Of a stretch of DNA of 64,000 nt, positions 25,193 through 36,431 are shown one piece after another. The stretch comes from Penicillus capitatus (taxonomy: Eukaryota; Plantae; Chlorophyta). Position numbers and translations under genes: made by a program. Within the stretch, counting starts at the first letter, position 1, and the number at the start of each line of letters is the position of its first letter. A model generated the notes under the pieces. That model worked only from the letters and a program-made list of their open reading frames with translations, searched no databases and was not told the DNA's origin. Location: positions 124,001 through 188,000 of the forward strand of contig OZ287696.1 in the NCBI GenBank assembly GCA_965649825.1, given 5' to 3'.

Positions 25193-25671
25193 ATGGCCCG
25201 CGGAACCTCCTTCGACGCTATCCTGTCCCTTGGATTGGCTCTGCTTCTCTTCGTGGCGATGACATGTACAAGTCCTCAGTTATCGCAAACCTGTCTAAAC
25301 GTTTGACTGTGGACAGCGGCTCGTAATGTCCTGCAAGCCGTAGATCCTCCTGTGATACAGGAAGATGATAGTGATGAAGACTGTAAGTTCCAGACTCCTT
25401 TGTAACATGTGACGAGTGTGGATGTTCTGCAGTGTGTTTGGCGTTTACGGACTGTTCTCAATATTTCGGTTTCCTGGGAGCAGGAGGCTGCACATTAGCA
25501 GCAGGCGTTTCATGCAGACTTCTTATGGGAGATGCAATCGAAGAAACACTTGAACGTGTTCTCGGAGATGAGTGTGAGATCGGAATCGTGCCTTACTGCT
25601 ACACGGTAGCCACAAATGGCACCGAAATTCCGGAACCTAAGTGCTGTAAGCCATCCAACACTTCTGACTGA
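25193..25671 (+). CDS. Small secreted 8-Cys protein, copy 1 (125 aa; exons 25193-25265, 25317-25382, 25433-25671)
   Basis: MARGTSFDAILSLGLALLLFVAMTSARNVLQAVDPPVIQEDDSDEDLCLAFTDCSQYFGFLGAGGCTLAAGVSCRLLMGDAIEETLERVLGDECEIGIVPYCYTVATNGTEIPEPKCCKPSNTSD*. Two GT-AG introns (51 and 50 nt), upstream TATA box, NGT and NTS sequons. Confidence 0.78.
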
Positions 25672-26494
25672 ACTCTGTTGACGAGAGCTGTTGTATAGGC
25701 TAAAAACTGATTCTGCTACTTCTTGAGGAGCTACACTTCCAGACTGAGGATACTCAGTGCTCGATTCCTTTCTATCAGTGATTATTAAGAATTCTAACGT
25801 TCTTCAGTTACTGCTTTTTTCGTTTCTCGTCCCACGTCTGGATTTTGATTGATTAGTTTGGGGGACTGCCTTGACTTCACTTACTCTGTCTCCGAGGCAG
25901 AGAAACGCGCTTCTTAAGGCGTTAGCTGAGACTGTGAAAAGATACTCGTGTAACGTGACAAAGTTATTCGTGACACCAACGGCAGTCGTCGCGCGACAGA
26001 GCGACTTGCGAACGAAGGTCGGTCGCGACCGAGAGAAACTCCATCCGCTCCGCGTTTGTGCCTTGTTTGCCTAAGAGGTCTGCCTCGAATGCCTCGCTCG
26101 TCTGCATAGGTCCGTCCACTCTCTGATGTGATTTCTTCTTGGCGAACCTGCCTCGGTGAAAGCACCTTCCTGTTCGCGCGATCGCAGGATTCAGCAGAAT
26201 TCGTCACGAAGTGGCTGGCGTCAAGAGAATTCAGTCGACGCATATCGTCTGGGTCGCTGAGCATTCGACAACGCTCGCCAGTCAAAGCACAGGGCAGAAC
26301 GAGGCACTCCTCTGAGGCGTCGTCGGAGATGCGACGGACCATGCATCGTCCCCTGCTGTCATGGAGAGGCACCATTCGCTTCTCCGTCGCAGAGTTGGCC
26401 GACGAGTTGCCCTCTGCCACTCGCGTCGCCCCGCCGTCATCGCATCCGCCAAGTGGTTCGACTCTTCGGCTCGAAATGAACGACGCCGACTGAC

Positions 26495-27115
26495 TGTGAA
26501 GATTCATCTTTCCCGGCCTTCTTGCCGACCTCCGTCACGATGTCTTCCGCCCTTACTTTGTGGACGGGCGGTGGCGGCACACTCGGCAGGACCGGGCCTT
26601 CGACGTCTCCGGAATGACTCATTTCACAAGCGCAGCGGAAGTCTTGGAAATAGAATGAGTGATGAGCGGTTCTTGAGGGGTTAGCGACGTTTTGGGAAGT
26701 TCAGAGGTTGCAGCCAAGAGACAACTTTGTTACAACCGAGAATAGACAGCGAATGTTTTTGAGAAGATGTAAACAGAGTGTATGTGATTCACCAATACCA
26801 AAGGAACTTGAATGTCAATCGAAAGATGTTTTATGTGTCCGATCCTCGTTTAAATACTCAGTCCCCGATGTGACAGCAGGAAAAGTATGAGAAGTTCAAG
26901 AGTGAGTTCAGGGTGAGGTTCCGAATGAAACGTAGGAAGTTCATCGTGAAACTCTAGAAGTTTCCTGAGAGGTTCAGTGCGAACTTCGCAGGGACTCACT
27001 CCTCGTTATCGTGACTCAGCAGCGACGGTTACGTCGTGTAGCCAAGAGTGGAAACAAGACAGCACCCCTGTTACTGTCACATCACTGTCTCTTGCATTTT
27101 GCGCCTTTCTTCACA
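26495..27115. mobile_element. Solo LTR (621 bp) with a 5-bp TSD
   Basis: Termini TGTGAAGA...TCTTCACA form an 8-bp perfect inverted repeat. CTGAC is duplicated at 26490-26494 and 27116-27120. The empty site is present in copy 2 near 40065. Confidence 0.9.
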
Positions 27116-27613
27116 CTGACGTAACCATTCGCAAACGCAATCGCTCACTTAGCAATCGCTTCACTGACTTTTCGTTTCGCCGACTATTCCTGTTGTCGTC
27201 AGCGTCGATGAGACACGTTCGTCCAGTGTCGCTGCGTTTCCTTTCCTCCAGACTACAGCCAGAGAGAAGACGACTGCACTGCTCTCGCCCATGTCGCCCC
27301 TCGCGCATCTTCTCCATCCACTCGCCGCTACCAGCGTTCTCCCTTCCACGCCGAAAACAGGTCTTGGCGCTCGGTTACAGTCCGGACGTCGAATTCAACC
27401 CTATTGAAGAAACAGAATTCTCCCCCGCCTACACAGAATCCCTGTCCTATGCCCTCGTCAGCGCTTTCCCGGCCCTCTTGTGAATCAGCGCATGACTGTG
27501 GCAGGAATCTATGACCAACGCGCAACCGCTGCACTGTTCGCGTTACAAGATAGACAGCTCATTCTTAAAACGAGTGGTCAACGTTCGCATACAGGTACCA
27601 CAGTAGGTTTGTA

Positions 27614-30600
27614 GACGACATTTCTTGTTCAAAGTGACTAATGATGACGCACTTCTACGCACAATAGACTCCGAATCAACGGTGTGAACTCCTCATGGTA
27701 CGGAACCATGATGTCACGTTGGTTACGAGGGATCGGAAAGATGACAGTCCGATGCGACAGACAGAACTGATGGGATGTTGCGATCGAAGCATTAAATAGA
27801 GACTCATGATGAATTAGGTGTCAAACGTTTGGCTTTTTAAAACATTCACTACGCAGCACCCATGGCCGACGCGAAGCCCGCTTGTCCCAATGACATGGTT
27901 TCGGAGCGAGGTTCTCGAACGAGAACCTGTCTTGTTTATTCGGAGTATACTCGAGACATTCACGAGTGGTTGTTTGAATCGCTGGAAATCACTACGACGG
28001 TAGGACGTGAACGAGACCGAGCGTTGTTGGACAGCCTCGAACCCCAGTCGACAGCCTCGAAACTTGTTTTGCCTCAGCTAAAAGCCGTCCGACGCCTGGA
28101 CGAAAAGGCATGTCGCGAAGAGCTTGGAGGTGAAACGGCGTCCGAAGAAACAGCAGTAGACGATCTTCGTTGGCAAGTATTGAATAAACGTTTGGCAGCG
28201 CTGTTGCCGAAAGATGACCTCGTGGCGCCCGAGGACCAGCTCCGCAGCATGAAACGTGATGTAGCGAAGAAAAACTTACTCGTCTACGTGGACCGTTTTG
28301 TTCGGGAAGCCCGGTCCTTCGTCGCCCAGCAAAAAGTATCGATGGAGAAGGCCGTCCGGATCCTCTATCATCAAATGCCTGAAGAGATACGTCGGGCATT
28401 GATCCACACCGGGAAAGCCGGACTGAGTTTGACACAAATAGAGACGCTGGTGCGAAACAAGCTCGAGGTTCTGGCCATGACGGACGCTGGAGAATACTCG
28501 TATCGACAACTGGTCGAATACCTCGATGAAGCTACTTGTCGACAAAAGGCTAGTGGCAAACCGGAGACCGCCAGATTGGAACTTCCACTTGCGGGTGGAG
28601 AAACACCGCAGCCATCAAGCGGACAACGCCGACGGTTGGACATCAATAACCCGAACCATGTGATGATCGCATGGAAACGTTTGATGTGGGTACCCCGCTT
28701 TCGACGAGAGGCGCAGAAATATCTCGCTTCGAATTCCTTTGACGCGAGGCCGGCCACCCAACTCAGGGCTTTACAAACCGAAACCGAAGATATTGACGAT
28801 CCTTTGGAGCTTGAACTGGCCGAAGAAGACGGGGAGGTTCTTTCCAAACCAGGGCTGTATACCATGTACAAGGGTTACCCTCTGGGACCAAGATCAGTGG
28901 TTTGGTGGATACTGGCGCCACTGCATGTTTCATTCAAGAGGCCACTGTAAAAGCATTGGGAATCCAGCAGAGAGTAACACAATGTGGAAAGCTACACGTT
29001 TCGCTGGGAAATGGAAGTGCCTCTCCAATTCTGGGACTCATAAACATCGAAGCCCATATAGATGACCATCCATATGAGATGGAAGCGTTTGTGATTGGAG
29101 GCAAAGGCCCGCCGCTCATCCTAAGATTCCCCTTCTTCGCTACAAATCAACTTCTCATTGATTGCCAAGAAAAGAGAATCTGGCGCAGAAATGGCGAAGA
29201 AATAACATGCACGCAGGCGCAGCTAAAGGTCCTTAACCCAACTGATGTGACACATCTCCTCGAAGAAATGCAAAGACTCCAAACTGAGCTCGATGACGTC
29301 AAAGGGCAAAAAAAACATCCAAGGAGCATCACTGAATCCAGCCCAGTGGTGTTGAGCTTTGAGTTGTTTGAGACTCCTTTATACCTCCCGTTTCTACGAA
29401 ACTGCTATTTGGTACTCCCTTTCAACAGATCGTGGGTGCTGGGTCCAGGGAATGCCGAAAGCTCATCCTTCCCGTTAAGTTCGTCATGGGAAGTTTAGGG
29501 TCCATCACGGACGCGCTTAATTGCCCAGGAGTCAGGTTTTCTCCACAAAGCAATAAATGTAGGGTCTGGGGAATGCTAGAGAATCGAGGTCGGATGCCAC
29601 AACATTTGACGCCTAGGATGCCACTGTGCATCATCCAAACCAATGTGACGCATGTACTGGTTCCAGACAGAGGGCAAATTCCGTTGACAGAAAGAGGTAT
29701 TCCGTTGCCGCTGAGAAGCATTGTTGCGTATGGAGAAGATTTGCAGAGTATATTGCGAGAATTCCACGACCTGACCAGTGGCAATCTTGGGAAATGTGTC
29801 GATCATGTGGTGACAGATATCCCATTTCAGCATCGTCTGACAAGACAACAATCATCGCCGTCCATATCACCCAGCGAAGAGTCGTTAGTTCTGGAAGAAA
29901 TCAACAAGTTAGTAGAGTTGGGGTGGTCAGGGAGACGTCCCAAGAGCCATATTTGATTCCGGCGTTCTACATTCCGAAAAAAACTGGAGACGTGCGATTG
30001 GTGCTCGATATTCGGAAGCTGAACTCGTGTGTAGAAGCTCAGCCCTTCCTGGCAGTGAATAGAGAGCATACGATCGCTGGGGTGCGCCCGTATGTGGTCG
30101 GGTCAACAATCGATTTACAAAACGCGTATTTCCAAGTAGAGCTCTCCCCTAAGCTGCATCATTACTTTGGAGTGTGTTTGCGACGGAAATTCTATGTCTA
30201 CGAACGACTCCCCTTCGGATACGTCAATTCACCTAGCGAATTCCTAAGAGCATTGAGACCTGCGATTGCAGAAATGGATGAAGCAGTGCAGAGCCAAGTG
30301 GTGGTTTACACGGACGATATTCTTTTGCTCTCACAATCAGTGCCAGAACATCTCCTAATCTACGCCAAGTACTCCAGATTCTGAAAAAAGGGGATGGCGA
30401 GTGCGACCGGATAAGTTGGCGTGCAAGTGCCTCAGCGATAGCACGCCTTCAAAAGCTACAGCCTCCCAGAACGCAACAGAATGGAGAGCGATCAAGGGCT
30501 GGTTCCGGCAACTTGTTTGATTTGTGATGAACGGCAGAGTGGTTCAAGGAGCGCTACGGAAGGCGGAAGAATCGGGAAGGGTGGAGGATTGACAGGCATG

Positions 30601-31046
30601 TGTGAGTGGATTGAAACAACACACAGTGGTATGTACACACGCAAAAGAAGCCACGGACTTTGGCATCGCAGTGGATTCCTGGGAAGTGGCTGGGGTGCAG
30701 TGCTATTGCAAGAGAAGTCTTCCGGTTTGTGGCCGCAAGCATTAAAGCATCAAATCTCGAATCACTTGGAAATGGAGGCAGTGGTTAAAGCTCTTCGCAA
30801 GTTTCGGCCATGGATCTTTGGAGCGAGATTGACAGTGTTCAGTGACAACTCTTCGGTGGCCAGCATCGCAAATGCAGACAATCGAAGTCCCTTCATCCGA
30901 CGACGGCTTCAGCTCAGAGAGGGCTGGAATGGTGGTTTCGAGAGAATGGAGCCACTATACGAATTCTGTCAGATCGCGCAAGCTATTTTAGCTCGCCGAT
31001 CTTCAGCGCGTGGACAGAGGAATGGGGCGCAGAGAGTATACTGGAA
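27614..31046 (+). mobile_element. Truncated Ty3/Gypsy LTR retrotransposon (gag, protease, RT, RNase H, integrase remnant)
   Basis: gag-like ORF 27862-28950; protease VDTGATACFI (~28902); RT IPKKTGDVRLVLDIRKLN, IDLQNAYFQV, LPFGYVNSP, YTDD; RNase H GWGAVLLQ...LEMEAVVKAL...VFSDN; integrase core piece GATIRILSDRASYFSSPIF (~30945-31040). Multiple frameshifts. Confidence 0.9.
27862..28950 (+). CDS. Gag-like protein of the Ty3/Gypsy element (362 aa)
   Basis: Long ORF immediately upstream of the DTG protease, with capsid-like YVDRFVREAR. No CCHC knuckle seen. Confidence 0.6.
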   Translation: MADAKPACPNDMVSERGSRTRTCLVYSEYTRDIHEWLFESLEITTTVGRERDRALLDSLEPQSTASKLVLPQLKAVRRLDEKACREELGGETASEETAVDDLRWQVLNKRLAALLPKDDLVAPEDQLRSMKRDVAKKNLLVYVDRFVREARSFVAQQKVSMEKAVRILYHQMPEEIRRALIHTGKAGLSLTQIETLVRNKLEVLAMTDAGEYSYRQLVEYLDEATCRQKASGKPETARLELPLAGGETPQPSSGQRRRLDINNPNHVMIAWKRLMWVPRFRREAQKYLASNSFDARPATQLRALQTETEDIDDPLELELAEEDGEVLSKPGLYTMYKGYPLGPRSVVWWILAPLHVSFKRPL

Positions 31047-34000
31047 ATACTGATCAACCAGGGAGGCTGCTTTATTAATCTAAGTGCTCGTTACTGTCGT
31101 AGATTCGAGCCAGTCTCTTACCGGTGCATGTAGTGCGGCTGCGTGGGTCATCACAAAGCAGTCGACTGCCCGAATCTGCCTCTCTGTTCTTTCTGCAAGC
31201 AGGCGCATCTTTCCTCCGATTGCCCATCCCGCAAGGCTTCTGAACAGCCGTCTGCTCAATCAGTCCCATTAGTGCGGAACCCAGTAAGCAGCTGGGACTC
31301 AGACGTCGAAGTGGAAGATGCTGCCATGGCAGTAGACGCAGTCCCCCTCCCTGTCCAGCAATCGTCTTCGTCAACGCATCATGAACAACAGTAAACATTC
31401 GTCCTCTTCCAGTGATCTGCACTCTGTTTTTCCCCACTCCAGTCACCCCGACTCTTGCCTTAATATAGATAGGTCATCAAATATTGTCATTGACCAAATT
31501 AACCTTGCCTCAAGAAACCTATCTCTTCCAGCCCTAGAGCTCTGGCTGGAAAAGGAATCACCGGACATAGTTGCAGTTTGCGAACCGCCTTTCTATTTGC
31601 GCCAGTGTCCATTCAAATCGTTCAAACATCGCTGGATTCGATTTCCTGGCAGTCCCAGCACACAGTGTGGCTTTTTCGTGCACGAAGATATCCGTTACGA
31701 AATCTTGCCGCTTCCAAATAACCCTGATAGAGTCACGGCCATCGTTGTCCCTTCTGCTCAGGGAGATCTGGCGATCATCTCTTTTTATGTTCGACATACT
31801 TCCGCTGCTGGCCTTGAAGACCTTCACTCAGCCTACGACGCATGCCGAACAAAATGCTCAAGAGTGATTCTGTGTGGAGATGCCAATGGGCATTCACCTC
31901 TCTGGGGCCCCGAAGCCCCAAACGCTGTTGGCGAGAAGGTCGAAGAACTTGTGCTCACCAGAGGACTCCATATCATCAACAATGTCTCTGGCCCCCGTCC
32001 TTTAGAGACGCCCATGGTAATCCTCACTGGCTTGACTTGACCCTCACGAACTCTACGGCCGCATCTCTTGTCTCGAAATGGAGTGTCCTAGATGACGCGA
32101 TCCCAGTGTTCGATCATTCGCTCATCCGCACAGTCATCTCCGCCGATAAGATTCCGAGAGAGGCCCGAAAAATCTATAAGTGGAATGATGTCGACTGGGA
32201 CGAATTCAATCGAGAACTCTTTCGCAAGCTCATCTATCACAACTGCTTCGATCCAATTCAAGACGTCCAAGCCGTCGAACTTCGAATAAAAGATCTCACT
32301 GCAGCCATCCAATCTACGATGGAGTCTAGAGTCAGGACTAGTCGTTCTTCGGGCGTCCGGAAAGCTTGGTTCATTTCTTCCGTCAAACATAAATGGAAAA
32401 GTTACAGAAATTCCAGAAACCGTCTGAGAAAAGCCCGGAATCGCCATCAGTCATGTCAATCTAAGCATTCGGCCGACCTCCTTCACCATGCGGCTCAAAA
32501 CACGAAAACTGCAAGATCCAAGTTCAAAGAAGAAGTGAAGAGTGCTAAACAAGTGTCCTTTCAAAACTTTTGCAGAAACACCCATACGGGTGGTGATATG
32601 TGGAGCCGCTTTAAAAGGATCTCTGGTGGCCCGAAACTAGCCGACGTCCCCGCCTTGACAACTGAAGACGGAGTGACAAGCTCGACCTCGGCAAAAGCAG
32701 ACCTCCTGTTCAAGCGCTTTTTTCCAAAATTAACAGCCCCCGATGATGACTCACTTCTTCGTCAGGCAACAACGTGGAAAGAAGTCCATGATTGGGCTCC
32801 GTGCAGAGCTGCGGAACAGATCAGTTTTGATGATCTGGAAGACCTGGTTGCTTCGACCCGCCATGGGGCTGCAGGCTTAGATAAGATCCCCACTCTCTGC
32901 ATCCAGAAAACCTTTTACACTATCGGTGACATACTGCTTGACATCTTCAACTTTTGCCTCACTAATGCTTACTTCCCATCTTGCTGGCGTCAGTCGCTCG
33001 TTGTTCCTGTACCTAAAGGCGGATCCGATCCCACCAAACTAAGCAGTTGGAGGCCCATTTTACTCCTCTGCTGTATGGGGAAGCTTCTTGAGCGGATCAT
33101 CCAAAAGCAGCTAACATGCCATCTTGATAACAACGTTTCTATCTGCTCAGAACAACATGGTTTTCGCTCCGGGAGAAGTACGCTGACTGCTCTTATACAA
33201 GCAAATGAAGATATTTTGAAATCCTTCAACGCAAGAGACCAGACTATTGCCCTCAGCCTGGACATATCCGCAGCTTTCGACAGCGTGCCGCACGCTATCC
33301 TCTTATGGCGCTCTACCAAATGAAGATTCCGGGAAACCTGCTTGGTATGATCCGGTGTTTTCTTACCAACCGGTCAGCTTCGTTGAACCTCGATTCCAAC
33401 TCATTCTCGTGCATTTCAGAACTCGGGGTCCCCAGGGTAGTCAAGTCTCACCGGTTCTCTTTCTCTGCTTCATCAACGACATTGCTCACTGTATCGCTGG
33501 CCCGTCCAAGCTCTTCATTTTAGCTGACGATTGCCTATTATATTCCAAACTTGGACGCCGCCAAGAGCTGCTCCAATCCTTCCAAGACAACATCGACAGA
33601 ATAATGAACTGGGGCACAGCGAATCTCATGTCGTTTAATGCCCAAAAAAGCCACTTGGTGCGATTCCGTAGGTTGAGAAAGGCTGTTCCAGTGGAAATCC
33701 GTCTGAACGCTGAGATACTCTCTGAAGAGCCGATGTTCCGTTACTTAGGCCTTAACATGGACGCCAAGTTCTACAGATTTTCCGTACGACACTTTCGTTC
33801 CGCCGTTTCAAAAACCCTTGCTGAACGACGGTGCCCGCACGCGTAACAACGAACTATGCAGCCTTCTGGCTCTCAGTCTGGAGGTCCTGACACCGCCCCC
33901 GACCCAGTGCGCACGGCGGTTGCTCAGGCCGCAAACACGGTCCGATACCGGCGCCGACCTGCGCCGGTGGCCGGAGGTTCTGGAGAATATGAGCAAGGCT

Positions 34001-36416
34001 GAGCTCATACTCGTGAACACCGCAGTCCGGGCGTGCTCCACACAGGACGCTGCTTCCATGGACTCCGCACAGCTTATTTTGAGAATCCGAGCTTACTTGT
34101 CAGCCCAAGAAAGGCGAGACGCCGTGCAGCTCCGACTCGTCCGCCACCACGAGAACGCCAGAGACTCGCTCCTACTCGCCCCAGAAGGTCCCCTCTATGA
34201 CCCGCACGTTAAGTCTTCCTGTCTCTCACAGATCTGCCGGTACAAAGAAACAGTTACCCCGCCAGATCTCCTGGATGCACTTGCCCAAGACCTCGCCACT
34301 ACGCAGTCTCATCTGGAATGCGCCACTGGATCCGTTTCACCCGAAAACCGAGAAACGCTCCTGGGAATCGCCAATCGACTCGAGGAGATAGGAAACTGCC
34401 TAAGATTTCACAAGTCCATGGTCTCGTTTGCACCGACACCCCCAGCTCCAATGGCCCATGTTTCACCACCTTCTGCGGCTGGCACCGCTCGAGCAGACAC
34501 CCGCTCGTACCGCGACGCCGCCCGTCAGTCCTTGCCCTCAGAGCAGCCCCAGACCACGACCCTCGCCCAGCGTTAACGGACCACCCAGGCACGAGAGATC
34601 CGGAGGCAAACCAATGCGATCAAGGCCCAGATCCGCTGTGATGGACGCAGCTTCCAGCTCTGCCCAGTAACCCTGAAAAGAGAGCGTCCGTCCTTTCGCT
34701 AGCTCGGCATCAGTCTGGAACGAACTCTGAAGCTCAAGAACCTGAAGGAATATGTCGAAGACATCAGGACAGACCAAGGTGGAAGATATTACGTGCAGAT
34801 TCGGGAAGATCTGATTCAGAAATTCGAGCAGGTTCTCGACCGCTGCCTGGAATGCGCCGGTGCCAGATGGGACCTGGAGCTGGACAACATCGGAACCTTC
34901 ACAGTAAACAATCCGTACGTCTCGTCTACCAAAGACAAGATCCCGATAGTCATCGGCAGTGTTGACATAGACATTGACCCTGAAGCAGCCATCGAAGCTA
35001 TCGCAACACAGAATGCATCCCGATGGAACCTCTCAGCTACCGACCTTCAAGAGTCGCACTTCGCGGCCCCGCACCGGTTGAATCGCAGGAAACGAGATCC
35101 CTCAGGACAGCCTGTTCCCGAATGGCTGCCAAGCAAGAACCTGAAAGTCTTCATCTCGAAGACACTTCACGAGGAGCTTCTTGGAGAAAACAAGGCCCCG
35201 TTTGCTACCCTGGACTACATGGTCCTCCCGATACGCCAGTTCGTTCGGTTTCCCAGTGTTGCCCGCGGAAACACCTGATTGATCACTTCATCTATCTCTT
35301 CCCTGTTCAGCCATCCTAGTCTCTGAGTGTCGTTGATCCTTGTTCATGTACTGAACAGACGCGCCTCTGATGTTTCACTTTCAAAAGGGGCTGTAAGAAA
35401 GACCAATTTATTATTATTATGGACGCCAAGTTGAATTATGCGAGTCACGTTCAGGATGTCAAGAAAAGATGTGTCGACCGTCTGGCATCTATCAGACGCC
35501 TCAGCCATTCCAACTGGGTCGCTTCCCCTCACGTTACTCAGATTCTTGTCAAGTCATGTGTTGTCCCGTCCGCTCTCTATGTTGCAGAAGTGTGGAGCAA
35601 TACTGGTCTGGCTGTAGCTAAAAAGATTCAAGCAATAGAACGTATCTACAGATTGGGAGCTCTCATGATCACCGGCTGCTTACGTACAACAGCTACCCAG
35701 TCTCTTTTCGTGCTGGCAGGCCTGCGCCCACCAGCCTATGAAATCTCTCTTCGGCTTATAATGCTACAACCCAGCCTCGAAGCTTTGGACATCCGTATGC
35801 ATCATAATCGTTCCCCTGTGGAAGAAACATACCCAACCCCTCTGTCATCTCTGCACAATCTCGTCCAAGCCATAAATAGTGACATTCCAGTTTCTGCATT
35901 GAACAAGAACTCGATGCGATGTGCAGCAGTGTCGCATCTCGAAGATAAAGAACTGAAGTCCTGGCAGCAAGGAACCACAGGCCAGCAGCTAAGACTAACG
36001 AACTAGTCTCCAGTTATCAGTCGACGTCGTAAATGGATCAAGCCCTTTTGCCGTGAAGAATTCACTTCCCTCTGCAGATTCTTGTCTGGCCATTTCCCAT
36101 GCAAGGTCTTCCTAAACCGTATCCAAAACTCCGAGCACGAAGAGGTAGAACTCGGGTGCCGTCTCTGTCAAGAAACCATCGAATCTCGTGATCATTTGCT
36201 CGATTGCCCTAGCCTGACAAGTTTACGACAACAATTAAACGAAGAACATATTTGGACTTGGGACAACATTCTGAAGAAACCGAGTTCGAGAAGCACCTTA
36301 GCTAAATATTGCCAAGAAGTTTTGTCTCGTTTATCATCCCGACTTTCATTTCCGCTCAGCATTCATGGGGCATGTCATGCGCGGATCCCATGTAAAAGCA
36401 CCATTTGTATATATCC
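31047..36416 (+). mobile_element. 5'-truncated non-LTR retrotransposon (LINE; APE-RT-CCHC), frameshifted and interrupted by an insertion
   Basis: ORF1 tail with knuckles CxxCGCVGHHKAVDC and CSFCKQAHLSSDC; APE (QINL, DIVAVCEP, CGDANGHSPLWG); RT (WRPILLLCCMGKLLER, QHGFRSGRST, LDISAAFDSVPH, LADD); post-RT ITGCLRTTATQSL; C-terminal CRLCQETIESRDHLLDC. TGTAA at 36391 precedes a short TA tail. Confidence 0.92.
33771..35418 (+). mobile_element. Non-autonomous ORF1-only retroposon (1648 bp) inserted in the LINE RT region
   Basis: 14-bp TSD ATGGACGCCAAGTT at 33757-33770 and 35419-35432; (TTA)n tail; TGTAA at 35392-35396. The ORF1-like frame (SYRDAA, RLNRRK...WLPSKNLKV, LPIRQFVRFP) has two in-frame stops and ends where the knuckles would begin. 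Confidence 0.85.
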
Positions 36417-36431
36417 TCGGAGAACAGGACC

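Larger units (their letters stand above)
22862..27613 (+). repeat. Direct segmental duplication, copy 1 (~4.1 kb plus a solo LTR; partner 36432-40574)
   Basis: Offset of 13,570 bp over its 5' part; identical ORF translations in both copies (e.g. 23528..23722 vs 37098..37292). Confidence 0.95.

Noticed and set aside
25880-27560. Unassigned ORFs in the 3' part of the direct repeat
   Set aside because: Frames differ between the copies and no motif or consistent splice model was found.
34570-34705. In-frame TAA/TAG in the ORF1-like frame suggesting TAR=Gln recoding as in some ulvophytes
   Set aside because: Conserved genes and the Gln-rich 1038-aa exon (59683-62799) use only CAA/CAG with no in-frame TAR, so these are ordinary nonsense mutations.
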